Shown: in pieces, positions 24,831 to 37,078 of the stretch
Position numbering within the stretch: the stretch's first letter is position 1
How the letters are laid out: the number at the start of each line of letters is the position of its first letter
From: Squalus acanthias
Taxonomy: Eukaryota
Reading direction: 5' to 3'
Assembly (NCBI GenBank): GCA_030390025.1
Contig: CM059432.1
Coordinates: 10,602,001 to 10,666,000 of the forward strand
Length of the DNA stretch: 64,000 nt
Position numbers and translations under genes: made by a program
Notes under the pieces: model-generated
What the model was told of the DNA's origin: nothing
What the model saw: only the letters and a program-made list of their open reading frames with translations
Database searches by the model: none

Positions 24831-25286
24831 AAGAAAGAAAGAAAGACTTGCATTTATACAGCACCTTTCACGACCTCAGGATGTCCCAAAGCACCTTACA
24901 GCCAAAAAAGTACTTTTTGAAGTGTAGTCACTGTTGTAATGTAGGACACGCGGCAGCTAATCTGCACACAGCAAGCTCCCACAAACAGCAATGTGATGAT
25001 GACCAGATCATCTGTTGTAGTGATGTCGATTAAGGGATAAATATTGGCCAGGACACGAGGGATAAATAGCGCCACGGGATCTTTTACGTCCGCCTGAGAG
25101 GGCAGACGGGGCCTCGGTTTAACGTCTCATCTGAAAGACGGCACCTCCGACAGCGCAGCACTCCCTCAGCACTGCACTGGGAGTGTCAGCCTAGATTTTT
25201 GTGCTCAAGTCCCTTGGAGTGGGACTGTGAACCCACAACCTTCTGACTCAGAAGCACGAGTGCGACCCACTGAGCCACAGCTGACG
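24831..25286 (-). mobile_element. Near full-length SacSINE1-like DeuSINE directly upstream of MC5R, same strand
   Basis: tRNA head; Deu core (GAGGGAGTGCTGCGCTGTCGGAGGTGCCGTCTTTCAGATGAGACGTTAAACCGAGGCCCC on the minus strand); (TTTC)n tail. Confidence 0.9.
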
Positions 25287-25427
25287 CCGAGGTCCCCTTA
25301 GTGAGAAAAGAAAAATTTTAAATTGAGCACTGTGATGGTCTGATTGAAACTTCACACAACAGCTTAGTCTGGTTTTAAACTCTAGAGCCTGTAATTGATC
25401 ACTCTCTAACCGCTCAGAGCAGGTATT

Positions 25428-25757
25428 AGAAAGAAAAGGCTTGTATTTTTACAGCACCTTTCACAACCTCAGGACGTCCCAAAGCACTTTACAGCCAATG
25501 AAGTACTTTTGTGAAGTGTAGTCACTGTTGTAATGTAGGAAACGCGGCAGCCGATTTGCGCACAGCAAGCTCCCACAAGGAGCAGAGCGATAATGACCAG
25601 ATCATCTGTTTTTGGTAACATTGGCTGAGGGATGAATATTGGCCGGGACACCGGGGGAAAACATCCCCTGCTCTTCTGTAAAATAGTGTCTGTGGGATTG
25701 TTTCGCTGCCCAACTGAGAGGGCAGGTGGGGCCTCGGTTTAACGTCTCATCCGAAAC
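25428..25757 (-). mobile_element. SacSINE1-like DeuSINE, 5'-truncated
   Basis: Colinear with 24831-25140. Confidence 0.87.
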
Positions 25758-25772
25758 GTATGTAAACATATT

Positions 25773-26479
25773 GGGCCCGTATTTTCCGATCGGAGGCTTC
25801 CTGCGTGCGGAGGCCTCCGATCTGGAAATAACCTACGAACTTACCTGAGGGCTCCCGAGGTGCGTATACTTCCGCTCCTGGGCCTCTCCTAAACTCGAAA
25901 TGTGCAGGGCCCACGTGGGCCATGGGGAGCCAATAGGAGAAGGGAATCTTCCTTCATACACTTGACAGATCGACCTGTCAAATATATGAATGGAGATCAC
26001 CCCAAAAACACAGTAAAACATTAAATAAATTTAAAAAAAACCATCACATTTTTAAAATGAGTTGAAATTACAATAAATTAAATATTTTAAACAAAAATTT
26101 AATTTTTTGAAAAAAAATAATTAAAGTTTTTACAGGGCTAAAAATAAACTTACCTTTTTTAAAAGTATTTTTAAATTATAAATGAGTAAAAAAAAAATTT
26201 TTTTAACTTTTTTTCAACTCTTATGCTGGTAAAAGCAGGCCTTACGCCTGCTTTTACCAGGCGTAAGATTTCTAAGGGTTTTCAGCGGGCGGAGGTTCTG
26301 CAGAAAGCGGAACTCTCCCCCCCGCAGAGGCCCTTCTCCAGGGCAGGCATCCGATCTATCAAGAGCATTCTTGACAGATCGGAAATACCGGTTTTCAGCG
26401 CATGCGCTTCGCATTTCCGATGTCCCTACGGGTGGGTACACAGTGCGTACACACCCGTAGGCATCGGAAAATACGGCCC
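25773..26479. mobile_element. Harbinger-type MITE, 707 bp
   Basis: TIRs GGGC(C)CGTATTTTCCGAT and ATCGGAAAATACGGCCC; 3-bp TSD ATT (25770-25772, 26480-26482); AT-rich core and internal hairpins. Confidence 0.85.
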
Positions 26480-27052
26480 ATTGAGGGAGAAAGTCAACAT
26501 TATTGAGCCGGTTTTTAGGTGTAAAATGAACATGGGAGGGGGGATGAATTTCAGGTCACCTTCACGCTCTCCCGGCATTGCGCAAAGGCTCGCTGGCAGG
26601 CGGTGAAACGCGCTCACGACCAGAAGTCAACAATCTTCTTCAAAAAGCTAGGCCTTTGAAGCCAGCATGATGTGGGCTTGTCCTCCATCGAGCTGGTTCC
26701 TGAGCTGTCCTATCTCCCTGCCCTTGCTCCTGCACACCTGTGCTGGATGAATCTACAAGAGCCGGACTGCTCTAACTGACCTGGTAGCTGTCAGGTTATG
26801 GTGGAGTGGCGCTGTGTTCTCAGGAAGGTTGTCCTCCTCCTCTTCTTCAGCTGCAGCTGGACCCCTGACTTGAAATAGACCTGGAAAAGGAAAGAGAGGG
26901 ACCAGGGTTAGCACTCAGTGGCAAGGAGGAGGCGAGACAGAGGAGTGGCAGCTCAAAGCATCACTGCTTTGTCATGCGGAGTGTGTTTAGGAAGATATTT
27001 GGATGAGCAGAGAGAAAGAGGGCAAGCTGGCCAAACACCCTGCGGAGCGAAT

Positions 27053-27340
27053 CATAAGAACATTCGGCCCCTCCAGCCTGCTCTGCCATTCAATAAGATC
27101 ATGGCTGATCTTCTACTTCAACTCCACTTTCCCGCACTATCCCCATATCCCTTGATTCCCTTAATATCCAAAAATCTATCGCTCTCTGTCTTGAATATAC
27201 TCAACGACTGAGCCTCCACAGCCCTCTAGTGTATATCCTTCCTTAGGTAAGGAGACCAAAACTGTACACAATACTCCAGGTGTGGTCTCACCAGGGCCCG
27301 ATATCATTTCAGTGAGACGTCTTTACTCTTATACTCAAAT
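27053..27340 (-). mobile_element. CR1 3' fragments
   Basis: CATAAGAACA tail and a CR1 3' UTR/RT segment with an internal deletion. Confidence 0.8.
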
Positions 27341-27827
27341 CGTATCCTCCAGCCTCACCAGTCGCAATGTTCTTGACCAGGGTTGCCAACCCTCCAGGAA
27401 GGTCCTGGAGTCTCCAGGGATTGAAGACTAATCTCCAATTTCACTGGTGCTGCTCCCTCACATGATCAGGCGCGCGTTTGTATCCGGAAACCGGCCTGAG
27501 TTAAACCTTTCCCCCCCCTCGGGGAGTAGTTTCACGAACCTGTGCTCCCGGCACAGAGTTTGGCTACTGGGAATGCCTATTGGGAATTCAAACCGGCGCC
27601 CAAAATTCCCAACTTGCATTCCCCCAGCAGTCAAAGCTCCACCCCGTGGATGCAAATGCATAAAATTACCCCATTCTTTCCAATATGGAAGTGAATCGGT
27701 AAATTACAAAATCCGTCGGCTAACATGATTATCCATTCGAATATTGTTCAGCAATTTCATCTCCCTCCAGCATATTTGAATATCTATCTATAGGATGCTG
27801 AACAGGTTTGCTGCCTCTGAAAGTTAT

Positions 27828-28285
27828 TATAGAATCATAGAGTAGTACAGCACAGAAGGATACCATTCGGCCCATCGAGTCTGCGCCGGCTCTTTCGAAG
27901 AGCAATCCAGTTAGTCCCACTCCCCCCCTGGCTCTTTCCCCATATCCCTGCAATTTTTTCTCCTTCAAGTATTTATCCAATTTCCTTTTGAAGGCTACTA
28001 TTGAATCTGTATCCACCACCCGATCAGGCAGCGCATTCCAAATCCTAACCACTCGTTGCGTAAAAAAGTTTTTCCTCGTGTCGCCTCTGGTTCATTTGCC
28101 AATCACCTTAAATCTGTGCCCTCTGGTCATCGACCCTTCAGCCATTGGAAACAGTTTCTCTTTATTTATTCTATCTAAATCCTTCATGATTTTGAACACC
28201 TCTATCAAATCTCCTCTTAGCCTTCTCTGCTCCAAGGAGAAGAACCCCAGCTTCTCGAGTCTATCCACGTAACTGTATTCCATCG
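27828..28285 (-). mobile_element. CR1 3' end
   Basis: LEKLGFFSLEQRRLRGDLIEVFK...WNALP; TAGAATCATAG tail. Confidence 0.88.
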
Positions 28286-28288
28286 TCT

Positions 28289-28760
28289 TACACTGTTCCA
28301 ACAAAGCTCAACGTAAGCTCGAGGAACAGCACCTCATCTTTCGATTAGGCACTTTACAGCCTTCTGGACTTAACATCGAGTTCAACAATTTCAGACTATA
28401 ACCTGTATTTCTTTCTTTTTTTTCCTCTCTTGTTTCCTCACATGGTAGCTGTTACTGTTGCTGCCGTCATCATCCACACATCATCTCGAGCCATCTTTTG
28501 TTTCTTAACTTGTCCCATTACCATCTCCTTTTGCCTTGCACCATCATCCCTTTTATCAGTCAATCTCTCCTGCCTTCCATCCCGATCACAGACCTTCCCT
28601 TTGTTCTTTCCTCCCCTCCTCCCTGCCCCTGCTTAAAAATCTCTCCTCCCTAACCTTTTCCACTTCTGACGAAGGGTTCGACCCGAAACGTTGACCCTGT
28701 TTCTCTCTCCTCGATGCTGCCTGACCTGCTGAGTGTTTCCAACACTTTCTGTTGTTATAA
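28289..28760 (+). mobile_element. Penelope-like element 3' end (GIY-YIG C-terminus plus pseudo-LTR)
   Basis: Translates as HCSNKAQRKLEEQHLIFRLGTLQPSGLNIEFNNFRL*; a hammerhead-like core follows at 28666-28692. Confidence 0.8.
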
Positions 28761-30420
28761 CTGAATTCCGTATTAGCTTCTGTCAATCCTGTTGTTCCCT
28801 TCCTTCCCTCCTGCTTGTTTCTGTCTGTGGTATAAAGAAGCTTCTCCAGTTCTGATGATGGGTCCCACTCGAGATCTGAATCTATTCTTTGCTGTCTGGC
28901 TTGTTGCATATTTCCATCATTTTCGTGTTTTTATTAATCTAACTGTTTGCTTAAAAAACATTTTAAATTCAAACATCTAACACAGAAGAACAGACAAACA
29001 AAAGGCACGTGCCTCTTATTTTCAGTCATAGTAGTAATGTTGACATCTTTTTTGTTTAAACAGAAGATAAGCACCCAAATAGATCTAAAAGTTACTTACT
29101 GATCGATGATCTGCTTGATATCAATCGCCGTTATCCCACCGTCTGCTTCGCGTCGAGCAGCACACTCTCTCCCCTTGCTGCTTATGGTGCAGTTCACAGG
29201 TATTGGACCGATCGGAATTGCAAAGCAAATTCCTCCAGTGTCGTTAGGCACGAGCTGCGTGAAGCCTGGAGTGGCAACCTGCCTTTCTGCAGGCTTTCGG
29301 ACAACAATGCCTTAACTGAATGGATAGCACCTCCCCTCCCTCTGAGCACAAGCCAACGTCTGGGTATCAGGGCACTTGTTCAGCCTCAGACGCTTATCCG
29401 GTGACAGTACAGTGCCCACATCTTCAGCTAACTGCAGGGCCATCTCCTGGCGTTAGAAATACTCAAAGCTGCAATTATGAGCCCAGATAGGAATCATTTT
29501 CTCAGCCAAGTAAGTCATTTTAAAGTGTAGAACAACAATTTGATTTTGTTTTCTCAGCCCATTTCTTTCCTGCAATGCCATTCGTAAAGAAAATCCGAAG
29601 GGGCAGCCAATTAGATCTCACCTGATATAGAACCATATCAGATCTTTGAGCTGAAACGTCTCCAGAGTTCGCTGATTCAGAACACTTGCTGTCACTGACC
29701 CTCATTCCCCCCTCCCATTCTAATCTGGTACTGAAGCAAAGCAGGAGACGACTGCTAACGAATTAGCATTCCTGGAATTTTCACATTTCAACACTGTCCG
29801 TTCCCAAGATTTTGCCATTAATCACGAATTTTTGGTTGAAAGAGAAACTTTGCTCCAAAGATTCCAAATTTAACTTATAAAATGTGAATACATGTGAAGC
29901 CCATACCCTTTAGGAAATAACAATGTCATATCATAGAATCATAGAATCAGACAGCACAGAAGGAGGCCATTCAGCCCATCATGCCTGGTAGAGCAATCCA
30001 ATTAGTCCCACTCCCCCACTCTTTCCCCATAGCCCTGCAAATTTCTCCTTTTTCAAGAATATAATTCCCTATGTTGTCCCTGCCTCACTAACTGATTCAG
30101 GAGGCATTGCTCTAAATCAGACCAAGCAGTCCAGTTTTTGCATACTTTAACAAAGGTAACATACTGCTCACTGAAATTCAGTCGGTTCACATCAACATAG
30201 GCTAAGCATAATGGCAAATTAATTGTAAAATGTCTGTCGCCATGTTCTTGCTGCTAAAAAAAACCAGAGGGAGAGAAACTAAACGCGCGGCAGGTTCCCG
30301 GTGTGAAAGGCCAGAGCGCCTCGAGATCGCCCACCATCACCGCAATTCTGGGAAAGCCCAGAGCCCCTTCCTCTTGCTTACCAGCATTTATCGGATAGGT
30401 GATAAATGGGTTACGCTTTT

Positions 30421-30768
30421 CGAAGAAAGAAAGATAAGAAAGAAAAGAAAGAAGAAAGAAAGATAAGAAAGAAAGGAAAGAGAGAAAGAAAGAGAGAAAG
30501 AAAGAAAGAGAGAAAGAAAGGAAAGAGAGAAAGAAAGAGAGAAAGAAAGAAAGATAAGAAAGAAAGGAAAGAGAGAAAGAAAGAGAGAAAGAAAGAAAGA
30601 GAGAAAGAAAGGAAAGAGAGAAAGAAAGAGAGAAAGAAAGAAAGATAAGAAAGAAAGGAAAGAGAGAAAGAAAGAGAGAAAGAAAGATAAGAAAGAAAGG
30701 AAAGAGAGAAAGAAAGAGAGAAAGAAAGATAAGAAAGAAAGGAAAGAGAGAAAGAAAGAAAGAAAGAC
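30421..30768 (+). repeat. Compound purine microsatellite (GAAA/GAGA/GGAA/GATAA) with higher-order repetition
   Basis: About 350 bp almost entirely A/G; recurring block GATAAGAAAGAAAGGAAAGAGAGAAAGAAAGAGAGAAAGAAA. Confidence 0.97.
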
Positions 30769-30985
30769 TGACTGATTCGCATAACGTCTTTCACAACCTC
30801 AGGACATCCCAAAGAATATTCCCTCTAATTTTGTTTCGTGCATGGTACCTTTAAGTTTGCTGCACGGCCACGCACGCACGGTATCTTAGAGCGAACAGCT
30901 TGTGAGCTTGCTGCACGCGCGTAGCCTAGAGGGAGCATTGGCCCCAAAGCACTTTACTTTTGAAGTGTCATCACTGTTGTAATGA
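30765..30985 (-). mobile_element. SacSINE1-like 3' fragment, interrupted by a hAT MITE
   Basis: TTTCACAACCTCAGGACATCCCAAA before the MITE and GCACTTTAC...TGAAGTGTCATCACTGTTGTAATG after it. Confidence 0.75.
30814..30940. mobile_element. hAT-type MITE, 127 bp
   Basis: TIR-like ends GAATATTCCCTCTAA and CTAGAGGGAGCATTG; decayed 8-bp TSD ATCCCAAA / GCCCCAAA (SINE consensus GTCCCAAA). Confidence 0.72.
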
Positions 30986-30989
30986 AGAG

Positions 30990-31280
30990 GATATCTGTGG
31001 CCTGCCTGATTCAGCAGCGCACAGCAAATTGACTGATGTTGCTTATGTCACCTGTTGCGTGCCTGAAATGCCCCGAAGGTGTGGAAATTGAAGGCCACAG
31101 CAACCTTTATAGCCACAGGCAGTGATCTACATGGCCTGGTTCTGGGCTGCAGTAGGTGACGTAGCACTGCAAGAGCCTCCCTGGTGAAGCAGAGCCGCCA
31201 TCCACACTGATCCTCACTTAAGTTGAGGTAGGACATTCTACTGCAGAAGACCCTCGTGGTGTAAGGCCTTCTGCGCCCTC
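30990..31280 (-). pseudogene. Harbinger (HARBI1-like) transposase fragment
   Basis: RRPY..RVF..RMSYLNLSEDQC..RLCFTREA...LPVAIKVAVAFNF...GAFQ...GDISNISQFAV, the N-terminal HTH region of Harbinger transposases. Confidence 0.75.
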
Positions 31281-31322
31281 CCAGCCTTCACCTTCTTCTG
31301 CCTGGAGCTGTAGGTCTCTGAA

Positions 31323-31730
31323 AAGAAATAAGACTTGCATTTCTATAGCACCTTTCACAATCTCAGGACGTCCCAAACTGCTTTACAGACAATGAAGTAC
31401 TTTCTGAAGTGTAGTCACTGTTGTAATGTAGGAAACATGGCAGCTAATTTGCGCACAGCAAGCTCTCACAAACAGCAATGTGCTAATAACCAGATAATCT
31501 GTTTTGGTGATGTTGGTTGAGGGATAAATATTGAACAGGACACCGGGGATAACTTCACCCCCCACCTCCCCCCAAACAGCTCTTCTTCAAGATAGTGACC
31601 TCCGACAGTGCAGCACCTCCTCAGTGCTGCACTGTACTTGGAGTGTCAGCTAGATTATGCGCTCATGTGTTTGGAATTGAGACTTGAAACCACATACCTT
31701 CTAACTCAGAGACGAGAGCCAAGGCTGACG
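31323..31730 (-). mobile_element. SacSINE1-like DeuSINE, degraded
   Basis: Colinear with the other copies. Confidence 0.82.
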
Positions 31731-33069
31731 CTCCTCTCTGCCTGGCTGTTGCTCACCCTCCAGCCCCAACGGCACACCCATTCTTCACCAGTCTGCACTG
31801 AAATAGTGCTGAAACTCCTAAAACCAACAGATTTAGCAGCCACAATAGCTTAAAAAAAGGCTAAAAGCCCCCCCTAAGGGCCTAAAACAATAGACCCTGA
31901 CCCAATATTCAACCCCCCCCACCCCCAACATTCCTTGTACCCCCATAAAACAAGCACAACAATGTTGAATTTCTCCACCGCACTTCAAAACCCCTAGAAT
32001 GAGAGCGGTAATATTGGTGAATAAACGCCAATCAACCTGACAGGATATTTTAACCATCTGATCGGCATTAATATTTCAATATCTCTCGATAGAACTATTT
32101 CAATGACCATGGGGTGGGGAGGGGGGGGCGGTTCTTGGCCTGGGTGCAAAGAGGCATTAGCAGAGCGGCTGCCCATTACACGCCCTGCCCAATCTTCCTT
32201 TCCATTGACTTTGGCCGATTCCCTACTACCCTTTTCGCGCCGCCGCCGTAGTTGAATTTCACCTACCCCTCTCCCCCGCACCCCCCCCCCCCACCCCTCT
32301 ACCCCCCTCCACCCGATACAGAAGTATCCCCACAAATCCTGATTTTTGGCAAACTTGCCCTGGTATCCCAAAAAATTGCTTCACCACCACTTATGCGAGA
32401 ATATTCATCATAGATGCTCAATTCAGATTCCGTGTGGAAACACCTGAATGTGGCCAAATAAAACATTTATTTGCAGCAATAAATAAGAAATAGGAGCCAT
32501 TCGGCCCCTCGAGCCTGCTCCGCCATTCAATCAGATTATGGCTGATCTCCACTTTCCTGCACTATCCCCATAACCCTTGATTCCCTTAGTATTTTTTTTT
32601 TATATTCGTTCATGGACTGTAGGACGTCGCTGGCAAGGCCGGCATTTATTGCTCATCTCTAGTTGCCCTTGAGAAGGTGGTGGTGAGCCGCCTTCTTGAA
32701 ACGCTGCATCTTAGTCTCTCAGGGGGGGAAATTCGGGTCATTTGCGCCTCCCGTTAGTAACGTGATAACGAGAGATATAGAGGTTCCGAACTGGGGCAAT
32801 ATAGGCACTTGAGGCACTTGAAGTTGAGGAACTGGCTCCTGAAACACTAGTGCAGCCTGCAAGGCTGGTACACCTTGCTTTCTTCCCTATCAGGCTCTCA
32901 CAGAATCTTAATTGTTTCAATGAGATCACCTCTCATTCTTCTAAACTCCAGAGAGTATAGGCCCAATCTACTCAATCTCTCATCATAGGACAACCCTCTC
33001 ATCCCAGGGATCAACCTGATGAACCTTCGTTGCACCGCCTCTAAGGTAAGTATATCCTTCCTAATGATT

Positions 33070-33520
33070 GGTGCGAAATCGATGCATTGTGGGAACACCT
33101 GGGGAAGTGGCTATCAATCTGCGTGATTATGTTCACGTAGGTTACGACATTATGGCTACACGGGTGGAATCAGACACCTTCTACAATCGCAGAAAGCCAG
33201 CAGTGCAATCGGGTTCCCCAGCCTTCTCACGCTTCTGCTACTGCTTGGTGGCAAAATGGTTTGAAGGTGTCAGTCCTCCAAAAAAAAAAGCATCAATCAC
33301 CACCTTAGAGCATATCTGTGAGTGAACTGGGTCACACTGCAGATGTCCCAGGTACCAGCCTGAAAGGATCCAGAAGCATAAAAACTGAGGTTGGGGTGAC
33401 GGCGGTGCCAACCCGATTGCCAATGTTGTCTGGAGCGCTTCTTGTCGGAATAGTGCAGCTTAGTCACTGCTGCCCTGCTAATGCTTAGCCTCCGAAGGCA
33501 CCGATCATCAATCTCGGTAA
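33070..33520 (-). pseudogene. Second Harbinger transposase fragment, heavily frameshifted
   Basis: CLRRLSISRAAVTKL and LSFYASGSFQAGTWDICSVTQ segments. Confidence 0.6.
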
Positions 33521-33724
33521 CTCTGCATGACACGGTACACACAAAGGGGTCCAGAGATAGTACTCCTTTGGTGCTACCTTTCACCCTGGTACGGCCCTCA
33601 TCTCCGCTCCCTTAGGTCTAAGGGACGCAGACTTGAACGTTTATAGCGGGCAACTGGTTTTAGCCAATTCATTGCCAGATCTGGCTGGGCCACACACAGC
33701 ATCATCGGGTCCTGCTCCCGTCTG

Positions 33725-34550
33725 CCAAAGCTGCTCACTATTCTAGGGTCATCCTGGGATGCAAAGATAACCCCCCGCTTCCCTTCTCCACAACAAACCG
33801 TCTCCTGAAAGCCCTCTCCCCTGCCTCCTCCACCCTCACCGCCAACAATAAGTGCGAGGAGCTCATGGACTTCTTTATCGCAGAGATTGAGACCATCCGT
33901 TCAGCTGCCTCTGCTGCTTCCCTCCCTTCCCCTACCAAACCAAACTTTCCCTAAGGTTCGCTCTGCCCTAGCCCTGAACTTGCACCTTTCTCTAGTTTCT
34001 GTCCTATCTCCCCTCATGCCTTCTCTGAGCTCATCTTGTCCATGAGACCCACCTCCTGCTCCCTCGACCCTATTTCCACCAAACTGCTGAGCACCCAACT
34101 TTCCTTCCTGTACCCCATATTAGTTGATATTGTTAATGGTTCCCTGTCCTCGGGTACTGTCCCCTCCCCTTCAAATCTGCCGTCATCACCCCCTTCCTCA
34201 AAAACCCACCCTCTGTCCTTACAAGCTGCCGCCCCATCTCCAACCTCCCTTTCCTCTCCAAAGTCCTTGAACGTGCTGTCGCCTCCCAAATCCCTGCCCA
34301 TCTTTCCCGCAACTCCATTTTGGAATCCCTGCAATCAGGTTTCCACCACTGCCACAGCACTGAAATGGCCCTGATCAAAGTCACAAATGATATCCTCTGT
34401 GACAGTAACCATGGTAAACTATCCCTCCTCACTCTTCTCGACCTGTCTGCAGCCTTTGACACAGCTGACCACTCCATCCTCCTCCAACGCCTCTCCTCCG
34501 TCATCTGGCTGGGTGGGACTGCCCTCACCTGGATCCATTCTTATCTATCT
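33725..34550 (+). mobile_element. L2 LINE RT fragment
   Basis: MRPTSCSLDPISTKLL, and ESLQSGFHHCHSTEMALIKVTNDIL...LLDLSAAFDT.DH. Confidence 0.88.
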
Positions 34551-34914
34551 GGTCTATTCCAGAGCTTAGAGCCGAGACCGCTGAAGGTACAGCTGCCAAT
34601 GAAGGGATGAAGGAAATCAAGCATTAGTATCTTTAATTGGACTAACAGAGGCACCGTGTGCTTTAGTGCACAGAACCCTCCACTCATAGCCAGCAGTATG
34701 GAATGAAGTGGAGGCAGATCAGAAAATGTGCGCTATGCTTCATTCCTGATCTTACTGCCCCTTTGCCCTGAATTGCCACCCACATGATCTGAACCCCATC
34801 CTCCTTTCTCCCTGCAAGACTTGTAAAGCTCATTTTCTTCCTCGTTTAACTTTTAATTTGTTTGGTTATCCATTTAAGCTCATATTTGTTTTGTCTGAGG
34901 TTGTGTATTTTCCA

Positions 34915-35412
34915 CCCCACTCTGGTCTCTCTGTCCTTGGCCTCCTACACTGTTCCAATGAAGCTCAGTGGAAGCTCAAAGAACAGCACCTCATCTTTCG
35001 ATTCGGCACTTTGCAACCTTTTGGACTCAACGTTGAGTCCAACAATTTCATATCATAACCTCGGCCCCCATTTTTTCTAGATGGCGGCTGTTGCTGATGA
35101 TTCTGATATTCCCATTTACACCTCCCATCTTTTGTTTCTTTACTTATCCCATTATCATCTCCTTTCGACTTGCACCATCATCTCTTTTGTCAGTTAATCT
35201 CTCCTGCCTTCCACCCTATCACAGACCTTCCCTTTTGTTCTTACCTCCCCTCCTGCCTTTCCCTGCCTCTGCACTTGCTTAAAGCCTGTTACATCTCTAA
35301 AGTTTTCCAGTTCTGACGAAGCGTCATCGACCTGAAACATTAATTCTGTTTCTCTCTTTACAGATGCTGCCTGACCTGCTGAATATTCCAAGCATTTTCT
35401 GTTTCTATTTAT
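34915..35412 (+). mobile_element. Penelope-like element 3' end
   Basis: SVLGLLHCSNEAQWKLKEQHLIFRFGTLQPFGLNVE; hammerhead-like core at 35313-35341. Confidence 0.8.
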
Positions 35413-36392
35413 GTTGATTTTCTATATGTATTTATCCTGCATGCTCAGCATTATTCCTTTTAAAGTTGTTCACTTGTCCCCTACTGAAGTGGTATTGAAC
35501 AGCCTCCCACCCCCGTCCAGAGCCTGTGCAGGTAAGCATTGTGGGCAGATAATGTAGAACATTTAAGGGACAATTGGACAGATATTTGAGTGGGCAACTG
35601 AGAAGTGTCAGGTTTTGGGGCTTGACATGTAAACTGGAGAAAGCACAATCAGCTCCTCGCGTAGCTTTTACAGTAATATATACAGAAAAAAAATACATAC
35701 AGGTTTATTTGAGACAGTTGCAAAGCTTGGAAATGTTAATTGGCATCTATTTGCTGGATGCTACAGTAACAAGGAACCTTATTAAAATTAACAAGTGTTG
35801 GGGGATTTTAGAAGCTGTTGTACTCAGTAGAAGCATCAATCAGAGATGTACAAGTTTCTGAGTGAGGTGACCTTGCAATGCACTACAGATGAAGATAAAG
35901 CATCTCCAGAGATGGGCGTAACTTGGAAGGAATTATCACCAGCCGTGAAAGAGATGCACGTATAGAAGGGTCTAGCTGCAGCCAGATTCTCTGTTTTCAA
36001 GGTCTTGTCCCTGGATCTGGCAGATTTGATAAGGTGGGTAATTCATTACAGCCACGATTTTAACTCAGGCCACGATTTTAACTCAGGACACGTTCGCGAC
36101 GAGCGGGTTTGCGGAGCGGGAGGGAAACCCCCCCGGATTCTTCAGCATGCGGACCGGGCCAGTTTAATTCTCTGGCCTCGTTTGCATTTCTCTGCCATGT
36201 CCAATTGAGGTGTTTAAGATGATTAAAGGAGTTCATAGGGTATAGAATCATGGAATCATAGAAATTTACGGCACAGAAGGAGGCCCATCGAGAAAGAGCT
36301 ATCCAGCCTAATCCCACTTTCCAGCTCTTGGGCCACAGCCCTGTAGGTTACGGCACTTCAAGCGCATATCCAAGTACTTTTTCAATGTGATG

Positions 36393-37078
36393 TGACCCCC
36401 ACTATCAACATCCTGGGGGTCACCATTAACCAGAAACTTAACTGGACCAGCCACATAAATACTGTGGCAACAAGAGCAGGTCAGAGGCTGGGTATTCTGT
36501 GGCGAGTGTCTCAACTCCTGACTCCCCAAAGCCTTTCCACCATCTACAAGGCACAAGTCAGGAGTGTGATGGAATACTCTCCACTTGCCTGGATGAGTGC
36601 AGCTCCAACAACACTCAAGAAGCTCGACACTATCCAGGACAAAGCAGCCCGCTTGATTGGCACCCCATCCACCACCTTAAACATTCACTCCCTCCACCAC
36701 CGGCGTACCGTGGCTGCAGTGTGTACCATCTACAAGATGCACTGCAGCAACTCGCCAAAGCTTCTTCGGCAGCACCTCCCAAAGTCGCGACCTCTTCCGC
36801 CTAGAAGGACAAGGGCAGCAGGCGCATGAGAACACCACCACCTCCAAGTTCCCCTCCAAGTCACACACCATCCTGACTTAGAAGTATATCACCGATCCTT
36901 CGTTGTCGCTGGGTCAAAATCCTGGAACTCCCTCCCTAACAGCACTGTGGGAGTACCTTCACCACACGGACTGCAGTGGTTCAAGAAGGCAGCTCACCAC
37001 CACCTTCTCGAGGGCAACTAGGGATGGGTAATAAATGCTGGCATTGCCAGCGACGCCCAGATCCCATAAAAAAAGAAT
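36393..37078 (+). mobile_element. Family-B LINE 3' portion inserted into a minus-strand CR1 tail (about 36240-37160)
   Basis: ORF 36392-36829. CR1 sequence TTCAATGTGATG resumes as ATGAGCATTTCTGCCTCTACCACC after the A-rich tail. Confidence 0.87.

Noticed and set aside
24740..24853. 38-aa N-terminal extension of MC5R in the ORF track
   Set aside because: It starts inside a SINE tail; the conserved receptor begins at MNLTG (24739). Kept only as a hypothesis in the findings.
24309..24920. 203-aa plus-strand ORF
   Set aside because: Antisense shadow of the MC5R CDS with no recognisable motifs.
26640..26900. Possible exon with a minus-strand acceptor (CTCTTTCCTTTTCCAG at about 26881)
   Set aside because: No recognisable product; it sits among transposon-like sequence and is more likely a Harbinger remnant.
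27378..27445. hAT-Blackjack-like end (AGGGTTGCCAAC)
   Set aside because: No matching second TIR or TSD found; too short to call.
30406..30812. K/E/R-rich and F/L/S-rich ORFs
   Set aside because: These are translations of the microsatellite.
36051..36086. 18-bp tandem duplication (also a 16-bp one at about 8543-8575) as a CRISPR-like array
   Set aside because: Only two adjacent units with no spacers, in a vertebrate genome; simple slippage.
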